From Pontiella sp. (lineage in GTDB: Bacteria > Verrucomicrobiota > Kiritimatiellia > Kiritimatiellales > Pontiellaceae), in assembly GCA_050290185.1 (NCBI GenBank), contig JBNKHE010000005.1, positions 1 through 64,000 of the forward strand: DNA of 64,000 nt. Direction: 5' to 3'. Numbering within the stretch: the stretch's first letter is position 1; the number at the start of each line of letters is the position of its first letter. The notes beneath the pieces are model-generated. The model saw only the letters and a program-made list of their open reading frames with translations, was not told the origin of the DNA and searched no databases. This document shows positions 61,550 through 64,000 of this stretch, piece by piece. The translations under genes were made by a program, and so were the position numbers.

Positions 61550-62440
61550 CTATAGAAGTTTGGTGAGCTGATCCAGCGACGTGATCACAGCGTCCGGTTT
61601 AAGGTCGACACAGCGCTCATCATTTTGACGCAGGCGCAGGGAGCGTTGGTCGCCGGCAAAAAGCACGGTTTTGCAACCGGCCTGGCTAGCCGAATAAATA
61701 TCGTTGAGCATGTCGTTTCCGACGTAGACCGTTTCTTCCAGCCTGACCCCATGGTTTCTTTTCAGGTATTTCTCCGCCATAGGGAATAGCGCGGCCGACG
61801 GCTTGGCCTTGAGTTCCTTGTAAGACCAGATGCAGCAGGCCGGATCAAAACCGATTTCCTCAAGCGTCCGTTCAAAAAAGGCGGAAAACAGCAGGGGGGT
61901 GTAGAACTGGGCGTTGGAGACGATGCCTAAGGTAAGGCCCTTTTCCTTCAGGTCACGCAGTGTTTCCAAACAACCGGGCATAGGCCAGACCGGGTTAACG
62001 CGGCATTCGTATTCCAGCGCAAGCTGGCGGATCGGTTCCAGGTCGATCGATGCGGGTTCAAGAATGCTTTTCTTTCGTAGTTTGCCGATCACCTTTTTCC
62101 AGATCTTGGTAATAGCCACCTCCGGAAAATCGACCCCGGCGGCGCGGCTTGCGGCATGCCATTCCAGTATTTCGGTTTTCAGGATGTCCTTGCCGATCTC
62201 TCCTGCTTTTTTCAGGTTTCCTTTATAGTGCGCGGCCTCGAGCGCCTGGATCAGCGCTTCTGCTGTATCTGTTTCCGCAGCCGTTCCGACATCCCCGGAG
62301 CCGGAAACAAACAAGGTTCCATATACGTCGAACAGTACGGCTTTGACGTCGGAAAACTTTTCGAGCCGTTCTTTCGTTGCGGTAGGCAACGGCGCCAAAG
62401 GCGGACAGAGTTGGCGGACGATTTCTTCGAGTGGTTTCAT
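61550..62440 (-). CDS. HAD-superfamily hydrolase
   Basis: FDVYGTL, IVSNAQ, AKPS, VGNDMLND. Confidence 0.9.
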   Translation of the reverse strand: MKPLEEIVRQLCPPLAPLPTATKERLEKFSDVKAVLFDVYGTLFVSGSGDVGTAAETDTAEALIQALEAAHYKGNLKKAGEIGKDILKTEILEWHAASRAAGVDFPEVAITKIWKKVIGKLRKKSILEPASIDLEPIRQLALEYECRVNPVWPMPGCLETLRDLKEKGLTLGIVSNAQFYTPLLFSAFFERTLEEIGFDPACCIWSYKELKAKPSAALFPMAEKYLKRNHGVRLEETVYVGNDMLNDIYSASQAGCKTVLFAGDQRSLRLRQNDERCVDLKPDAVITSLDQLTKLL

Positions 62441-62496
62441 GAATGATATTCTTTGGGAGTCATGTATTGCTTCCGGGCCTGAATGAGACGTATCGC

Positions 62497-63792
62497 TTAA
62501 TGCGCCTTGCCGTTGGAGAAATAGGAATGGGTTCCCTTGGCTTCCATGGTTTCGCCGATGCGCTTGACGGCGTGGACATAGGCCGCGGTGCGCAGATCGG
62601 TTTCGATTTCACGGGCAAGCTCGTAAATGGTTTCAAACTCGCGTGCCATGATGGCTTGCAGTCTTTGGTGGACTTCCTGCAGTTCCCAATAGAGACCGGA
62701 ACGGTTTTGGAGCCATTCGAAATAGCTCACGGTTACGCCGCCGGCGTTGGCCAGAATGTCGGGCATCACTTCAATCCCCTTTTTAAAAAGGATCTCATCG
62801 GCATCCGAGGTGACGGGGCCGTTGGCGACTTCAACGATGCGGGGGGCTTTGATGCGTGGCGCATTCTCGGCGGTTATCTGGTTTTCAAGGGCGGCGGGAA
62901 TGAGAATGTCGACATCAAGTTCGAGCAGTTCGTCGTTGGTCAGGTTGGTGGCATCGATGTGGTGACAGAGCGCTCCGTCACAGTAGACCGCCTGTACATG
63001 GCGGGTTTCCTCCTTGATACGGATGAGGCTGGGGATATCGAATCCCTCCGGACGGTATATTGCGCCCTGCGAGTCGCTCACGGCAACAATTCGGTATCCG
63101 TCCTTATGGAGCAGGCGGGCGATGCTTTGTCCTGCATTGCCAAAGCCCTGGATGGCGACTCGGGTGTTCGCGGGGGCGAGACCCTGTTTTTTTGCCAGTT
63201 CGCGGATGCAGTAGAAAGCGCCGCGTCCGGTGGCATCGGCGCGACCTACGCTTCCACCCATGCTGACGGGTTTCCCGGTAATCACGGAGGGGCAGTGTAT
63301 GCGGCGGATCGTGGAAAATTCATCCATCATCCAACCCATGATGCGCTCATTGGTGTACATGTCGGGCGCGGGAATGTCGACATCGGGACCGATGAAGTCG
63401 GCGATGAGCCGGATAAAGCCCCGGCTGAGGCGTTCCAGTTCCATCGGGCTGAGCGACTTGGCATCAACCGATATACCACCTTTCGCTCCGCCAAACGGAA
63501 TGCCCACGACGGCGCATTTGAAGGTCATCCAGAAGGCCAGGGATTGAACTTCGTCTCGATTGACGGAGGGGTGGTAGCGCAGTCCTCCTTTTGTGGGTCC
63601 GCGGGTATCGTCGTGCCGGACTCGGTAGCCGGTGAAAAAATCGAGAGTGCCGTTGTCGCGCCGCACGGGTATGGAAACTTCGAGACAGGATTTCGGGGTG
63701 CCGATGCGCAGGGCGACTTCGTCGCTGAGGTCGGTGTGTTTCAATGCGCTTTCAAGGCGTCGCATCGCATCTTCGAACAGACTTGTTTTCAT
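62497..63792 (-). CDS. gdhA: Glutamate dehydrogenase (Glu/Leu/Phe/Val DH family)
   Basis: GPTKGGLRYHP, GGAKGG, DIPAPD, GFGNAG, NAGGVTVSYFEW. Confidence 0.95.
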   Translation of the reverse strand: MKTSLFEDAMRRLESALKHTDLSDEVALRIGTPKSCLEVSIPVRRDNGTLDFFTGYRVRHDDTRGPTKGGLRYHPSVNRDEVQSLAFWMTFKCAVVGIPFGGAKGGISVDAKSLSPMELERLSRGFIRLIADFIGPDVDIPAPDMYTNERIMGWMMDEFSTIRRIHCPSVITGKPVSMGGSVGRADATGRGAFYCIRELAKKQGLAPANTRVAIQGFGNAGQSIARLLHKDGYRIVAVSDSQGAIYRPEGFDIPSLIRIKEETRHVQAVYCDGALCHHIDATNLTNDELLELDVDILIPAALENQITAENAPRIKAPRIVEVANGPVTSDADEILFKKGIEVMPDILANAGGVTVSYFEWLQNRSGLYWELQEVHQRLQAIMAREFETIYELAREIETDLRTAAYVHAVKRIGETMEAKGTHSYFSNGKAH

Positions 63793-63920
63793 GGCATTCT
63801 CCTTATCGTAAGTAATTCTAGATCATGCAACTTGTTGCGTCAAATGGAATGGTTTTAGCATATGGCTTCATGTTTCGTTCAAACCCTTGTAAACTATGCG
63901 AGTTTGCGTAGAATGGAACT

Positions 63921-64000
63921 ATGTTGAAACAATATGGCGCGATTCCATTCGTGCACGAAGATGGCGAACTCAAGGTGGTGCTTGTTACGAGCGCCAGTGG
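63921..64000 (+). CDS. Probable NUDIX hydrolase, 5' fragment
   Basis: MLKQYGAIPFVHEDGELKVVLVTSAS.. resembles NUDIX N-termini; runs off the window. Confidence 0.55.
   Translation, partial: MLKQYGAIPFVHEDGELKVVLVTSAS

Noticed and set aside
62443..63858. 471-aa + strand ORF opposite gdhA
   Set aside because: Antisense shadow; the minus strand holds all the GDH motifs

Overview
Bacterial chromosomal window, mostly GC-rich housekeeping DNA. Gene content and repeat style suggest a PVC-superphylum organism, possibly Kiritimatiellota/Pontiella-like; this is inference and was not tested. The left ~4.5 kb is an intact integron. A long (460 aa) integron integrase (3158-4540, +) lies divergent from an attI site (crossover G at 3083) and an AT-rich minus-strand array of at least six cassettes separated by five attC hairpins; the array runs off the window edge. 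The 7-nt core at the 5' end of each complete cassette is the exact reverse complement of the R'' box of its own attC, which is direct evidence of site-specific cassette capture. Cargo is one PIN-like nuclease (candidate defence gene) and several unknown secreted or membrane proteins. The attI L-box motif (TAGGYAGAA) recurs five times, including over the intI translation start and inside intI. After intI come a secreted C39-like peptidase/NPCBM protein and a 650-bp patchwork of miniature repeats. The rest is core metabolism: a DprE1/DprE2-like pair, UDP-glucuronate decarboxylase, an orphan hypF, pepA, rpoD, pckG, purM, a probably Na+-coupled V/A-type ATPase operon, recA, SulP, nqrA-F, a KamA-family enzyme, csp, an ECF sigma/anti-sigma pair, gspFG plus a pseudopilin, xerD, purC, tkt and gdhA. 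There are two pseudogenes: a glycosyltransferase-like gene with an internal deletion, and ppk2 truncated at a palindrome. I saw no rRNA, tRNA, CRISPR array or IS transposase.
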